43,179 bases of DNA, taken from Candidatus Fraserbacteria bacterium (GTDB taxonomy: Bacteria; Bipolaricaulota; Bipolaricaulia; RBG-16-55-9; DRXL01). Position numbers and translations under genes: made by a program. Positions 19,482-28,213 of this stretch are shown here, piece by piece. Position 1 is the stretch's first letter, and each line of letters begins with the position of its first letter. Where the stretch lies: assembly GCA_947085185.1 (NCBI GenBank), contig CAMTVK010000016.1, positions 1 through 43,179 on the forward strand, given 5' to 3'. Under the pieces are notes generated by a model. The model ran no database searches, was not told the origin of the DNA, and saw only the letters and a program-made list of their open reading frames with translations.

Positions 19482-22037
19482 ATGGCCAAAGCGAAGCTGA
19501 CCCCGATGATGCAGCAGTATTTGCGCATCAAGGCCCAACACCGCGACGTCATCCTGTTCTTTCAGCTTGGGGATTTCTATGAGACGTTCTTTGAAGACGC
19601 AGAGCTGACCGCGCGCGAGCTCGACATCGCTTTGACCAAACGCGAAGACGCCCCTATGGCCGGCGTCCCCGTCAAGCGCGCCACGTTCTATGTCAACCAA
19701 CTTCTGAAGAAGGGCTATAAAGTCGCGATCTGCGAACAGCTCCAAGACCCACAAGAAGCCAAGGGGCTGGTGGAGCGTGATGTCGTGCGCATTCTCACCC
19801 CTGGGACAATCTTAGAAGAAGAGCTTCTGGAGCGCGGACTGAATAATTATATCGCGGCGATCTATCCCGAAGAAGAACGCTGTGGGCTGGCCTATGCCGA
19901 CATCTCCACAGGGGAGTTCCAAGCTACGGAGCTCAGCGTCAGTGCCCTGAAGAACGAACTGTTCCGGATACGTCCCGCAGAGCTGGTCGTCCCCACAGGA
20001 TGCGCGCTCGAAGCGTTGTGCGGAGAAGACCTGCGGGTCACCCTCAGTCGGCGCGATCCCTTCAGCTTTCACACGAAGACATTGCTCGATCACTTCGGGA
20101 TTATTTCGCTGGACGGGCTGGGCTTACCAGAGCGAGCTGGGCAGAGCGCCGCTGGGTTGCTCAGCTATATCAAAGAGACCCAGAGGGAGTCGCTCGCGCA
20201 TCTGCGGCCACCTAAGTTCTATGAGCTCTCGCGCCAGATGGGGCTGGACCCGTTCACCCAGCGCAATCTCGAGATTTTCGAAGAACTCCGAGGGTCTGGG
20301 ACTCGCGCGACGCTCTTTCACGTGCTCAATCATACGGTGACTGGGATGGGGGAACGGCTTTTAAGACAATGGCTGCTGGCGCCTCTGGTGGATCGCGCTG
20401 AGATCGAGCGACGCTTGGACGTTGTGGAGTTCTTTGTCACCCACGAGCGTGAACGTCAGGCGGTGCGAGCTGCTCTGGAGCGCATCTCCGACGTAGAGCG
20501 TCTGGCAGGGCGATTGGGTGCTGGGCGTGCGACCCCGCGCGATTTGGTGGCGCTGCGCCACTCGTTGGAGCGGTTGCCGCAACTGCGAGAGATCTTTGCA
20601 GCAAGCCCAAGGCTCCCAGAGAAATTGCAAAAATTCGCGCAAGAGTTACGCTCCTTGGCCCTCGATGAGCTGTGCGAGTTGCTCCGCCGTGCCCTCCGCG
20701 ATGAGGCCCCGCTCGAACTCAAAGAGGGCCATATCATTCGAGAGGGTTTTTCGCAAGAACTCGATGAGCTCAAAGCCCACCAGAGAATCTACACGCACAA
20801 AGTTTTGGAACTTGAAGCTCGCGAGCGCGAGCGGACGGGTATCCAGACGCTGAAAGTCGGGTTCAATACAGTTTTTGGATACTATCTTGAGGTCAGCAAA
20901 GCTGCGGCCAAACGCGTTCCCCCAGAATATCATCGTAAGCAGACCCTCGCGAATGCCGAGCGCTTCATCACCCCGGAACTCAAAGAGTACGAAGAGAAGA
21001 TTCTGTCGGCGGAGGAGCGTTCCAAGCGTTTAGAGTATGAGCTGTTCTGCGGGGTGCGCGACCAGGCTGCTCAGAAGATTTTGGAGATTCAGCAGGTGGG
21101 CCGGATCGTCGCGGAGCTCGATATCTTCTCGGCGCTGGCCGAGGTCGCCCATCTCTCGCACTATACGCGCCCACGCTTCACCGATCGGCACGAGATCTCT
21201 ATCACCGAAGGCCGACATCCCATCGTAGAAAAACTCCTCCCCGCCGGAGAGTTCGTGCCCAATGATCTTGTGCTCCGAGAAGGCGAATATCTTGTCGTAT
21301 TGACCGGGCCGAACATGAGCGGCAAGAGCGTCTATTTAAGACAGGTCGCGCTCATCTGTCTGTTGGCCCAGATCGGTTCGTTTGTGCCAGCCAGGGAAGC
21401 AACCCTTCCCATTGTAGACAGAATCTTTGCTCGCGTGGGAGCGAGCGATATGCTTGCGGCAGGGTACAGTACGTTCATGGTTGAGATGCTGGAGACCGCG
21501 AATATTCTCAATACCGCGACCGCGCGCAGCTTGATCATCTTGGACGAGATGGGGCGAGGGACGAGCACGTTTGATGGGGTGAGTATTGCGTGGGCTGTCG
21601 CAGAGCATCTGGCGAGGAAGATTTGTGCCAAGACGCTCTTTGCCACGCACTATCATGAGCTCACGAAGCTGGCCGAGCGCGTCCCTGGTATTAAAAACTC
21701 TCATGTCCAAGTGAAAGAGTACGGCAATCGCGTGATCTTTTTGCACAAGGTGGCCGACGGCGCAACCGAGGGGAGCTACGGGGTGCACGTCGCGCGCATG
21801 GCCGGGCTTCCCGAGGAGATCACGCGCAAGGCCGACGAAATTTTGCAGAAGATCTTGGAGAACAACCCGCTCGATGCCATGGGGGAGCTTCGCAAGCCGC
21901 GCTTTGTCAAGCAGTTGGCGATCTTCCAAGCAGAAGAGCATCCCGTCATAAGAGAGCTCAAAAAGAGAGATATCAACAAGCTCACCCCCTTGGAGGCCTT
22001 GGAGCTTTTGGCGCAGCTCAAGCGACAATTAGAGTAG
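19482..22037 (+). CDS. mutS: DNA mismatch repair protein MutS
   Basis: TPMMQQY, FQLGDFYETFFEDA, TGPNMSGKS, STFMVEM, DEMGRGTST, FATHYHEL. Confidence 0.98.
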   Translation: MAKAKLTPMMQQYLRIKAQHRDVILFFQLGDFYETFFEDAELTARELDIALTKREDAPMAGVPVKRATFYVNQLLKKGYKVAICEQLQDPQEAKGLVERDVVRILTPGTILEEELLERGLNNYIAAIYPEEERCGLAYADISTGEFQATELSVSALKNELFRIRPAELVVPTGCALEALCGEDLRVTLSRRDPFSFHTKTLLDHFGIISLDGLGLPERAGQSAAGLLSYIKETQRESLAHLRPPKFYELSRQMGLDPFTQRNLEIFEELRGSGTRATLFHVLNHTVTGMGERLLRQWLLAPLVDRAEIERRLDVVEFFVTHERERQAVRAALERISDVERLAGRLGAGRATPRDLVALRHSLERLPQLREIFAASPRLPEKLQKFAQELRSLALDELCELLRRALRDEAPLELKEGHIIREGFSQELDELKAHQRIYTHKVLELEARERERTGIQTLKVGFNTVFGYYLEVSKAAAKRVPPEYHRKQTLANAERFITPELKEYEEKILSAEERSKRLEYELFCGVRDQAAQKILEIQQVGRIVAELDIFSALAEVAHLSHYTRPRFTDRHEISITEGRHPIVEKLLPAGEFVPNDLVLREGEYLVVLTGPNMSGKSVYLRQVALICLLAQIGSFVPAREATLPIVDRIFARVGASDMLAAGYSTFMVEMLETANILNTATARSLIILDEMGRGTSTFDGVSIAWAVAEHLARKICAKTLFATHYHELTKLAERVPGIKNSHVQVKEYGNRVIFLHKVADGATEGSYGVHVARMAGLPEEITRKADEILQKILENNPLDAMGELRKPRFVKQLAIFQAEEHPVIRELKKRDINKLTPLEALELLAQLKRQLE

Positions 22038-22688
22038 AAGCGCGGCAAGCTGTAAGTCTGCTTCTGTGGTGATCTTGATGTTGTGCGCCTCTCCGGGGAC
22101 GATCTTCGCGTGCACGCCGCTCATGGCTAAGAGAGCACTCGCTTCGTCTAAGAAGTACTGCCCTTGGGCGCACGCACGCTCGAGCGCGTCGAGCAAGAGC
22201 GTGCGCTGAGCTCCCTGGGGGGTCTGCGCACAGAAGAGCCCTGAACGATCTACGTCGGCGATGATCAGATCTGCGCAGACACGCTTGACGCTATCACGAA
22301 TAGGGAGCGCAGGCACAGCAGCCCCGTGCGTCTTTATAGCTGCGATCACGCGCTCAATGAGCGCACGCGAGACCAAAGGGCGTGCGGCATCGTGCACCAG
22401 CACGAAATCACCAGAAGCCGCCCGCACCCCGGCAAGTGCAGAGTCTTGGCGTTGGGCTCCTCCGTAGACGATCGTGAGGGGTCTTTCTAAGGCCGCCAAG
22501 GCCTGACGAGCTCTTTCGGTATCGTCAGGGTGAATGACCACGATCAGCTCTGCAATGAGATCGCAGTGGGAGAACGTCTCGAGGGAGTAGACTATGAGGG
22601 GCTTGTTCCGAAGGAGCACGTATGCTTTGGGAATAGATGCGCCCAGGCGCCTTCCGCGCCCGGCAGCCAGCACGATCGCCGTAGTCAT
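22029..22688 (-). CDS. ispD: 2-C-methyl-D-erythritol 4-phosphate cytidylyltransferase
   Basis: LAAGRGRRLG...PKAY, GGAQRQDS, VLVHDAARP, AQTPQ, NIKITT. Confidence 0.95.
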   Translation of the reverse strand: MTTAIVLAAGRGRRLGASIPKAYVLLRNKPLIVYSLETFSHCDLIAELIVVIHPDDTERARQALAALERPLTIVYGGAQRQDSALAGVRAASGDFVLVHDAARPLVSRALIERVIAAIKTHGAAVPALPIRDSVKRVCADLIIADVDRSGLFCAQTPQGAQRTLLLDALERACAQGQYFLDEASALLAMSGVHAKIVPGEAHNIKITTEADLQLAALLL

Positions 22689-23746
22689 TGGTCACGGGTC
22701 TCCTGCTCCCATTTTTGTGGCTCGAGCTTGGGCCGCACAAAGAGCATCTTGCCCGCTTCAGTCTGCAGGCTGGAATTCACGATCGTGCGAATCTTCTTCC
22801 CGATAAATCGTCGCCCGTTCTCTACGACGACCATCGTGCCGTCGTCTAGGTATCCGATCCCTTGGCCAATTTCTTCGCCTTTGTCAATCACTTCGACCTC
22901 GATCTCTTCACCGGGGATGAACCTGGGCTTGATCGCGTTGGCGAGCTCATTGATGTTGAGCACGGGCACGCCCTCGACCTTGGCGACCTTGTTGAGATTG
23001 TAATCCGTCGTGATGATTTTGGCGTTCAGTTCTTTGGCCAATTGGATGAGCTTGCGGTCCACATCGGGCACGCCCGGGTAATCTTTGTTCAAAGTTTCTA
23101 CGGCGATCTCAGGGCTGCGGCGCAACTCCCCGAGAATATCTAAGCCGCGTCGGCCCTTGCGGCGTCGCAAGTTATCTGGCGAGTCCGCGATGGCGTGCAG
23201 CTCGCTCAGCACAAACTCCGCGATGACGATCTTGCCCTCGATGAAGCCCGTCTTGATGAGATCGCCGATGCGCCCGTCAATGATCGCGCTGGTGTCGAGC
23301 AATTTCGGGCCGGTGCCCGCAGCGGGAGATCGGGCTCCAAAGAGTTCGTCCCACAGATGCTCATGGCGCTGACCCACGATGAATCCCACGACGGCGAGCG
23401 AGAGCACTATCACCCCCTGCACGGCGCGCACGAGGGGGCTTTGGGCAAAGAGCACCTCTGCTATCCAGGCGACGACAAAGCCACACAAAGCTCCCCCTAC
23501 GCTCGCAAACACGCTCTGCACCAGCTGACGTGCTCCGCCCTCTTTGGCGAGCTGGCGCTCGACCAGCTGGATGAGATTCGTCAGGAGCAGCGCTACTAAT
23601 CCCCCTCCCAAAGCCCCGACGATAGTCTGGGCTTCCCAGTCATGGAGCCCGCTCAACGGCGGGGGAAGCGCCGGAACCCACCGCTCCATGAGACTCACCG
23701 CGATCCCGAGTGCTATGAGCGCAATATACGCCAAGACCTTCAGCAC
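22685..23746 (-). CDS. membrane PIN/TRAM domain protein (YacL-like)
   Basis: N-terminal TM helices, LLDTSAIIDGRI, KGRRGLDIL, TTDYNLNKVA, GIGYLDDGTMVVVE; GTG 23746 after a purine-rich SD; yacL-ispD adjacency as in Firmicutes. Confidence 0.92.
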   Translation of the reverse strand: MLKVLAYIALIALGIAVSLMERWVPALPPPLSGLHDWEAQTIVGALGGGLVALLLTNLIQLVERQLAKEGGARQLVQSVFASVGGALCGFVVAWIAEVLFAQSPLVRAVQGVIVLSLAVVGFIVGQRHEHLWDELFGARSPAAGTGPKLLDTSAIIDGRIGDLIKTGFIEGKIVIAEFVLSELHAIADSPDNLRRRKGRRGLDILGELRRSPEIAVETLNKDYPGVPDVDRKLIQLAKELNAKIITTDYNLNKVAKVEGVPVLNINELANAIKPRFIPGEEIEVEVIDKGEEIGQGIGYLDDGTMVVVENGRRFIGKKIRTIVNSSLQTEAGKMLFVRPKLEPQKWEQETRDQ

Positions 23747-23794
23747 GATCCTTCCCCCTTGTTCGCGTTCTCGGCTCCTGCACCCCAGAATTGT

Positions 23795-23823
23795 ATTGTA
23801 GCAAAAGCTTGACTTTGGGACAA
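23795..23823 (-). promoter_or_regulatory. probable promoter for yacL-ispD
   Basis: Minus strand TTGTCC-17-TACAAT with an extended -10 TG. Confidence 0.55.
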
Positions 23824-23860
23824 TCTTTGCGTTATGGTTGAGAGCAAGGAGCTGGTGCGG

Positions 23861-24739
23861 ATGACCATTAGAGATGGGGTGCGCTGGGCCACGGAACGAC
23901 TGCGGCGCAGCGCTATCGAAGCGGCACGTTGGGAAGCTGAACTGATCGTCGCTGACACCCTCCATATGGAACGTGTCGCTCTGTACGCCAGCCCGGAGCG
24001 ACACCTCTCGCCAGCAGAACAAAAGCGCCTGACAGAGCTTCTCGAGCGCCGCTGTGCCGGGGAGCCGTTGCCCTATCTTGTGGGGTATACGGAGTTTTAT
24101 CGGTGTCGTCTCGAAGTCACGCCGCAGGTGTTGATCCCTCGACCGGAGACCGAAGAACTTGTAGAGCGCCTTGTGAGAGACTACCCCAGCCCACCTGCGC
24201 GGATTTTAGATCTTGGCACGGGCTCTGGGGCCATCGCGATCGCCCTCGCTGCGGCTTGGCCTGCAAGCTCTTTTGTAGCGGCGGATCTCTCTGCAGAGGC
24301 GCTGGCTGTGGCGCGGAGGAACGCGATGCTCAACGGGGTGGCCGAGCGCATTCGCTTCGTCCAGTCCGATTGGTTTTCTCATATCGAAGGGGAGTTTGAT
24401 CTCATTGTCTCTAACCCGCCGTATGTGCCAACAGCGCGTGTAGTCAATGCTCAAGATGAACTACGGTACGAGCCTCGCCTGGCTCTCGATGGCGGCGAGC
24501 GAGGGCTCGATGCCTTGGCCCACATCATTGGGGAGAGCCCGTCTCATCTTCGCTGGCGTGGTGCTCTGTATCTTGAGATCGGCTCTGATCAGGGCGCGTG
24601 CGTCCGCAAGTTGTTCCAGGAGGTCGGGGTGTTTGAGCAGATCGAGATCTGGCAAGACTTAGCAGGGCATGATCGTTTCGCGCGGGGGATCTATGGCCGC
24701 GTTGGTGCACGTCTCAGAACTTCGCTTCGTCACTCGTGA
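23861..24739 (+). CDS. prmC: release factor glutamine methyltransferase
   Basis: GEPLPYLVG, LIPRPETEELV, LDLGTGSGAIA, SNPPY, EPRLALDGG, DLAGHDR; SD AAGGAG before ATG 23861. Confidence 0.96.
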   Translation: MTIRDGVRWATERLRRSAIEAARWEAELIVADTLHMERVALYASPERHLSPAEQKRLTELLERRCAGEPLPYLVGYTEFYRCRLEVTPQVLIPRPETEELVERLVRDYPSPPARILDLGTGSGAIAIALAAAWPASSFVAADLSAEALAVARRNAMLNGVAERIRFVQSDWFSHIEGEFDLIVSNPPYVPTARVVNAQDELRYEPRLALDGGERGLDALAHIIGESPSHLRWRGALYLEIGSDQGACVRKLFQEVGVFEQIEIWQDLAGHDRFARGIYGRVGARLRTSLRHS

Positions 24740-25385
24740 AGGGAAGACGATCTTAGAAGACGTTACCCTTCGGGTAGATCATGGCGAGTTTGTCTGTCTT
24801 GTGGGCCCGCCTGCGTCGGGGAAGAGCTTGATTTTAAAATTGCTCTGCCATGAGGTGCAGCCGCAGCGCGGCCAGATTCTCGTGGACGATCGGAACGTGA
24901 CGCGCCTTCACACAAGCAAGCTGCCCGCCTTCCGACGACGCTTGGGAATCGTTCCCCAACAGCTCATACTTCCCAAGCGCACGGTGCTCGACGCTCTCTT
25001 GTTTAAGCTCAGAAGCTTAGGGATGGAGCGCGAAGAGAGCCACACCCGTGCAGAAGAGATCCTCGATATTCTCGGAGTCCCTGCAGATGCGCAGGTGACC
25101 GAGCTGGATCAAGCGCAGCACAAGCTCTTTGCGCTGGCGCTGGCTGCAAGCCATAATCCCGTGTTATTATTGATGGACGAGCCGTTCGATGGCTTAGCAT
25201 ATCAAGACGCCCAGCGTGTTCTTGATGGTATCAAGGCTGTGCATGAGCGCAAGCATATGGCGGTGCTGGCTGTGACGCGGCAGCGCCCATGGGCACTGCG
25301 CAGCGGGGCGCGCGTGATCTATCTTTGGCAGGGGCGCACGTACCACGAAGAGATTCAAAGCTCGGAGCTGAAAACCCAGACATGA
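24693..25385 (+). CDS. FtsE-like ABC ATP-binding protein with degenerate motifs
   Basis: GEFVCLVGPPASGKS, RRRLGIVPQ, LLLMDEP; lies directly upstream of an FtsX-like gene. Confidence 0.75.
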   Translation: MAALVHVSELRFVTREGKTILEDVTLRVDHGEFVCLVGPPASGKSLILKLLCHEVQPQRGQILVDDRNVTRLHTSKLPAFRRRLGIVPQQLILPKRTVLDALLFKLRSLGMEREESHTRAEEILDILGVPADAQVTELDQAQHKLFALALAASHNPVLLLMDEPFDGLAYQDAQRVLDGIKAVHERKHMAVLAVTRQRPWALRSGARVIYLWQGRTYHEEIQSSELKTQT

Positions 25386-26194
25386 ATACGTTTCTTGTGA
25401 AGGAACTGCTGCGCACGCTGGTGACCCAGTGGCGGTTGCTCGTGGGGGGCATAGGAGCGATTCTGTTTGATGCTCTTGTAGTGAGTCTGTTTGTGGTCGT
25501 GAGGATCGCTTCGGGGGAGTGGGGGGAGAATCGGCTCATTGTGCTCTTTGATCCTGGGGTCTCAAGTGAGCAGATCCGGCAGATCTACCGTCAGGTGCGG
25601 GAATGGGAAGCGATCTCCGAGGTGTTCTACATTCCCAAGGATGATCCAAGATCTATTCAAGACGGGGTGGAGCCGGGGCGTGCCCCGGCGGGATATTTGC
25701 GCGTCACGGTGCGCCGGGACCTCAGTGAAGCTGAAGCGGTGCTGCGCGATCTTCCCGGCGTCGCCTCCGTGCAGAGCTATCAAAAAGGGGCGCTGCGCGC
25801 GCTCCTCGCATCTGAGGCGTATGCGAGAGCTCTCGCGACCGGGCTTCAGATAGGAAGTGTCCTCGCAGCAGGGCTTGTGCTGGTGATAGTAGTTCGTCTC
25901 TTGGCGGCGACGTGGCGTGGGGAGTTGGAGATCCTCTATCTTTCCGGGCTGCCTCCTCGAACGATCCGGTGGGCGTTCTTCAGTATCGCTGTGCTCCTCT
26001 CTCTGAGTGCTGGGGTGACGGCGCTCTTTGTCAGTATTTTTTTGAGGGGTGCGTCGAGTGTCCAGTATTGGGTGCCGGAGCTGCTGCAGCCTGGGGGCTT
26101 AGGATATGCGGGCCTGTGGAGTGTTGGGATGGCGCTCTGTATAGGGGTTGGGGCTGGCCTTGTGGGGGCGTGGACCATTCGGATCAGATTTTAG
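25382..26194 (+). CDS. FtsX-like membrane protein
   Basis: TM1, extracellular domain (...AISEVFYIPK...LPGVASV), three more TMs with ELEILYLSG resembling FtsX EIEIMRLVG; 4-nt overlap with the ATPase gene. Confidence 0.7.
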   Translation: MNTFLVKELLRTLVTQWRLLVGGIGAILFDALVVSLFVVVRIASGEWGENRLIVLFDPGVSSEQIRQIYRQVREWEAISEVFYIPKDDPRSIQDGVEPGRAPAGYLRVTVRRDLSEAEAVLRDLPGVASVQSYQKGALRALLASEAYARALATGLQIGSVLAAGLVLVIVVRLLAATWRGELEILYLSGLPPRTIRWAFFSIAVLLSLSAGVTALFVSIFLRGASSVQYWVPELLQPGGLGYAGLWSVGMALCIGVGAGLVGAWTIRIRF

Positions 26195-26979
26195 AGAATC
26201 TTCATGAGAACTCCTAACACCATGAGGCTGATCAACGCTACGGCGTCGCGCCACGTCCAGTGGGGTTGATAGAGCCGGGTGCGTGGCCGATCGGGATCGT
26301 AACAGCGGGCGGCCATGGCTTCCGCGAGCGCCTCCGCGCGCAGCAGGGTATTTCTCAGCAGGGGCACGAGAACTCTGACAATCTTGCGCGCCCGCTCGGC
26401 CAGAGAGCCCTCCGCGGGGTCGAGGCCACGGGCGCGCATCGCTTTGATGATTGCATCGGCTTCATCGAGAATTAACGGGACAAAGCGCAGCGAGACGCTG
26501 AACATCAGGGCGAGTCCACGCACCGGCACGCGGAGTTTCGCAAGGGGCAGCAAGATGCCCTCCAGGCCATCGGCGAGCTGGAGCGCTGAGGTCGTCACTC
26601 CTAGCAGCGCGCTGATCAACCCGAAGTAGATCAATCGGGCCGACAGCATTGTGCCGGCTCGGAGACCTTCGTCAGATATCTTCAATGGCCCCCATTGCCA
26701 GATGGGGTTCCCCGGTGCGCCAAAGAGCTGGAGCACCGCGCTCAGCGCGATTAAGACGGTCAGGGCTTGGACGGCGCGCACCACTGGCCAGAACCCGATC
26801 CGGCCGGAGGCGACCGCGAGCAAGAGAAACCCAGCAAAGACCAGATAGTCCCATACAGACTGGAGAAAGAAGACCGCGACCGCGAGCGCCAGAGCTGAGA
26901 AGATTTTGGTGCGCGGGTCGAGCTTATGCAAGAAGGAGTCTTTGGGCTGGTAGCGGCCGACGAGCTTGTGCAGGGTCAT
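26191..26979 (-). CDS. ecfT: ECF transporter transmembrane component T
   Basis: DSFLHKLDPRTKI, LRFVPLI, AMRARG, LVPLL, LAEAMAARCY. Confidence 0.95.
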   Translation of the reverse strand: MTLHKLVGRYQPKDSFLHKLDPRTKIFSALALAVAVFFLQSVWDYLVFAGFLLLAVASGRIGFWPVVRAVQALTVLIALSAVLQLFGAPGNPIWQWGPLKISDEGLRAGTMLSARLIYFGLISALLGVTTSALQLADGLEGILLPLAKLRVPVRGLALMFSVSLRFVPLILDEADAIIKAMRARGLDPAEGSLAERARKIVRVLVPLLRNTLLRAEALAEAMAARCYDPDRPRTRLYQPHWTWRDAVALISLMVLGVLMKIL

Positions 26980-27048
26980 AGAACTTTGCTATAGTACACC
27001 CGGGAAACTGCTCTTTGCAAGCCTAAGCCCCTCACTCATCGTCCGGTT

Positions 27049-27077
27049 TTGCTTGAGCCGCCCGAAATGATTAGAAT
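27049..27077 (+). promoter_or_regulatory. probable leaderless promoter for yidD
   Basis: TTGCTT-17-TAGAAT ending 6 nt before ATG 27084; no SD. Confidence 0.65.
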
Positions 27078-27083
27078 AAAAAT

Positions 27084-27293
27084 ATGCGCTCTCTCACGCT
27101 GGTGCTCATCGCATTCTATCAGAAGCTGCTCTCACCCCTGATGCCGAGGGCCTGTCGGTTTTATCCCTCATGCTCAGAGTATGCCAAACAAGCCATTCAG
27201 AAACATGGGCTTCTCCGAGGGGGCTGGCTCGCCCTCAAGAGAATCAGTCGCTGTCATCCGGGTCATCCTGGGGGACTTGATCCCGTGCCGTAA
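27084..27293 (+). CDS. yidD: membrane protein insertion efficiency factor YidD
   Basis: YQKLLSPL...[15 protein letters not shown]...RISRCHP...GG.DPVP. Confidence 0.96.
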   Translation: MRSLTLVLIAFYQKLLSPLMPRACRFYPSCSEYAKQAIQKHGLLRGGWLALKRISRCHPGHPGGLDPVP

Positions 27294-27300
27294 AATCGCA

Positions 27301-27351
27301 GTTCCAAGTTACAAGTTCAGAACTTGAAACTTCGAACTTTTTACTTGGAAC
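27301..27351. repeat. heptamer-periodic imperfect palindrome between convergent genes (possible bidirectional terminator)
   Basis: GTTCCAA GTTACAA GTTCAGA ACTTGAA ACTTCGA ACTTTTT ACTTGGA AC; GTTCCAAGT (27301-27309) pairs with ACTTGGAAC (27343-27351), inner AAGTTC pairs with GAACTT. Confidence 0.7.
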
Positions 27352-27884
27352 TGTATAAAGCGCGTCGTATTGTTGGGGTCGGTCTCGATCCCTTCGCGCA
27401 AGATCACTAAATGATAGCGCGTCGCTGCATGACGACTGGCAATAGCAGCACACGTCGGATCGCGCCGCTGCGCAATAAAGCGAGCCGCCCCCGCCGTATC
27501 ATAGAAACCCGCTCTCGTTACTTGAAGACCCTCAAGAAATCTTCGACACTGCGCCAGAGCTTGAGGATGGGAGTAGACCGTGCGAATTTTTTCTAGAGAA
27601 CTCTCTGGGATGCCCACAAGACAATGGCGCACCCGTATGGATATCTCTGCGCAGATCGAGATCTCTTCTGCAAACCCGCGCAAGAGCTCCTGGACTTCGC
27701 TGATGATCCCCGTCGTGGAGTTCTCCACGGGCAAGACCCCATAGTGAGCTTGGCCGGTGCGCACCCTCTCGAAAACTTCACGAAAAGTGCGACAGGGGAT
27801 CGGCTCATACTGCGAGAATTGCTGAGCGATCGCATCCTCGCTGTAAGCACCAAGCTCGCCCTGAAAGGCCACGCGCACGCTCAT
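27309..27884 (-). CDS. pheA: prephenate dehydratase, catalytic domain only (no ACT domain)
   Basis: VAFQGELGAYSE, GVLPVENSTTG, YSHPQALAQC, NNTTRF. Confidence 0.9.
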   Translation of the reverse strand: MSVRVAFQGELGAYSEDAIAQQFSQYEPIPCRTFREVFERVRTGQAHYGVLPVENSTTGIISEVQELLRGFAEEISICAEISIRVRHCLVGIPESSLEKIRTVYSHPQALAQCRRFLEGLQVTRAGFYDTAGAARFIAQRRDPTCAAIASRHAATRYHLVILREGIETDPNNTTRFIQFQVKSSKFQVLNL

Positions 27885-28144
27885 GAGAGCCCTTCCTGGA
27901 GACGTCGCAGCTCTCTAAAGATTTGCGAAAAGATCCGGCGGATCGCACGCTCGTCCAAAGGGCCACGATTGAGGGCACATAATCTTTGAAGGATCTGGGC
28001 TTCACGCTCAGGAGCATAGAGGGGCAGCCCACGGGTACGCTTCTCTCGCCCGATCTGAAGAGCAAGCCTCGCGCGCTCGCTCAACAGCTCTAACAGCCGA
28101 TCGTCTATCTGATCTATTTGGTGGCGCCACACGTTCAGGCTCAT
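27881..28144 (-). CDS. chorismate mutase (AroQ class, CM_2)
   Basis: LNVWRHQIDQIDDRLLELLSERARLALQIGREK, PEREAQIL, IFSQIFRELRRLQ; 4-nt overlap with the dehydratase gene. Confidence 0.92.
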   Translation of the reverse strand: MSLNVWRHQIDQIDDRLLELLSERARLALQIGREKRTRGLPLYAPEREAQILQRLCALNRGPLDERAIRRIFSQIFRELRRLQEGLS

Positions 28145-28154
28145 ACGTATCTTG

Positions 28155-28205
28155 ATTGAATCATGGCGCGCTGCCCTTGTCAAGAGGGAGCCGACCATTT
28201 ATGAT
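28155..28205. promoter_or_regulatory. overlapping divergent promoters (chorismate mutase / ABC-F)
   Basis: Minus: TTGACA (28183-28178)-17-TTCAAT (28160-28155); plus: TTGTCA (28177-28182)-17-TATGAT (28200-28205). Confidence 0.65.
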
Positions 28206-28213
28206 GAGATAGT

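Noticed and set aside
835..22048. Many long antisense ORFs over ribosomal genes, fusA and mutS (e.g. 2988-3785, 5661-6455, 21336-22028)
   Set aside because: Expected mirror ORFs of GC-rich coding sequence; no motifs or RBS.
22685..23746. PIN domain as a toxin-antitoxin or defence system
   Set aside because: Membrane PIN/TRAM (YacL) next to ispD is a conserved housekeeping arrangement, and no antitoxin gene is adjacent.
23747..24022. N-terminal extension of the PIN/TRAM ORF (445 aa), and similar extensions of cobB, rpsG, rpsS, mutS and ftsX in the ORF track
   Set aside because: They overlap neighbouring genes or promoters; downstream starts fit SD/promoter positions and family lengths.
27301..27351. 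Periodic repeat as a CRISPR array or tRNA
   Set aside because: Only 7-nt degenerate units, no spacers, no cas genes, no cloverleaf.
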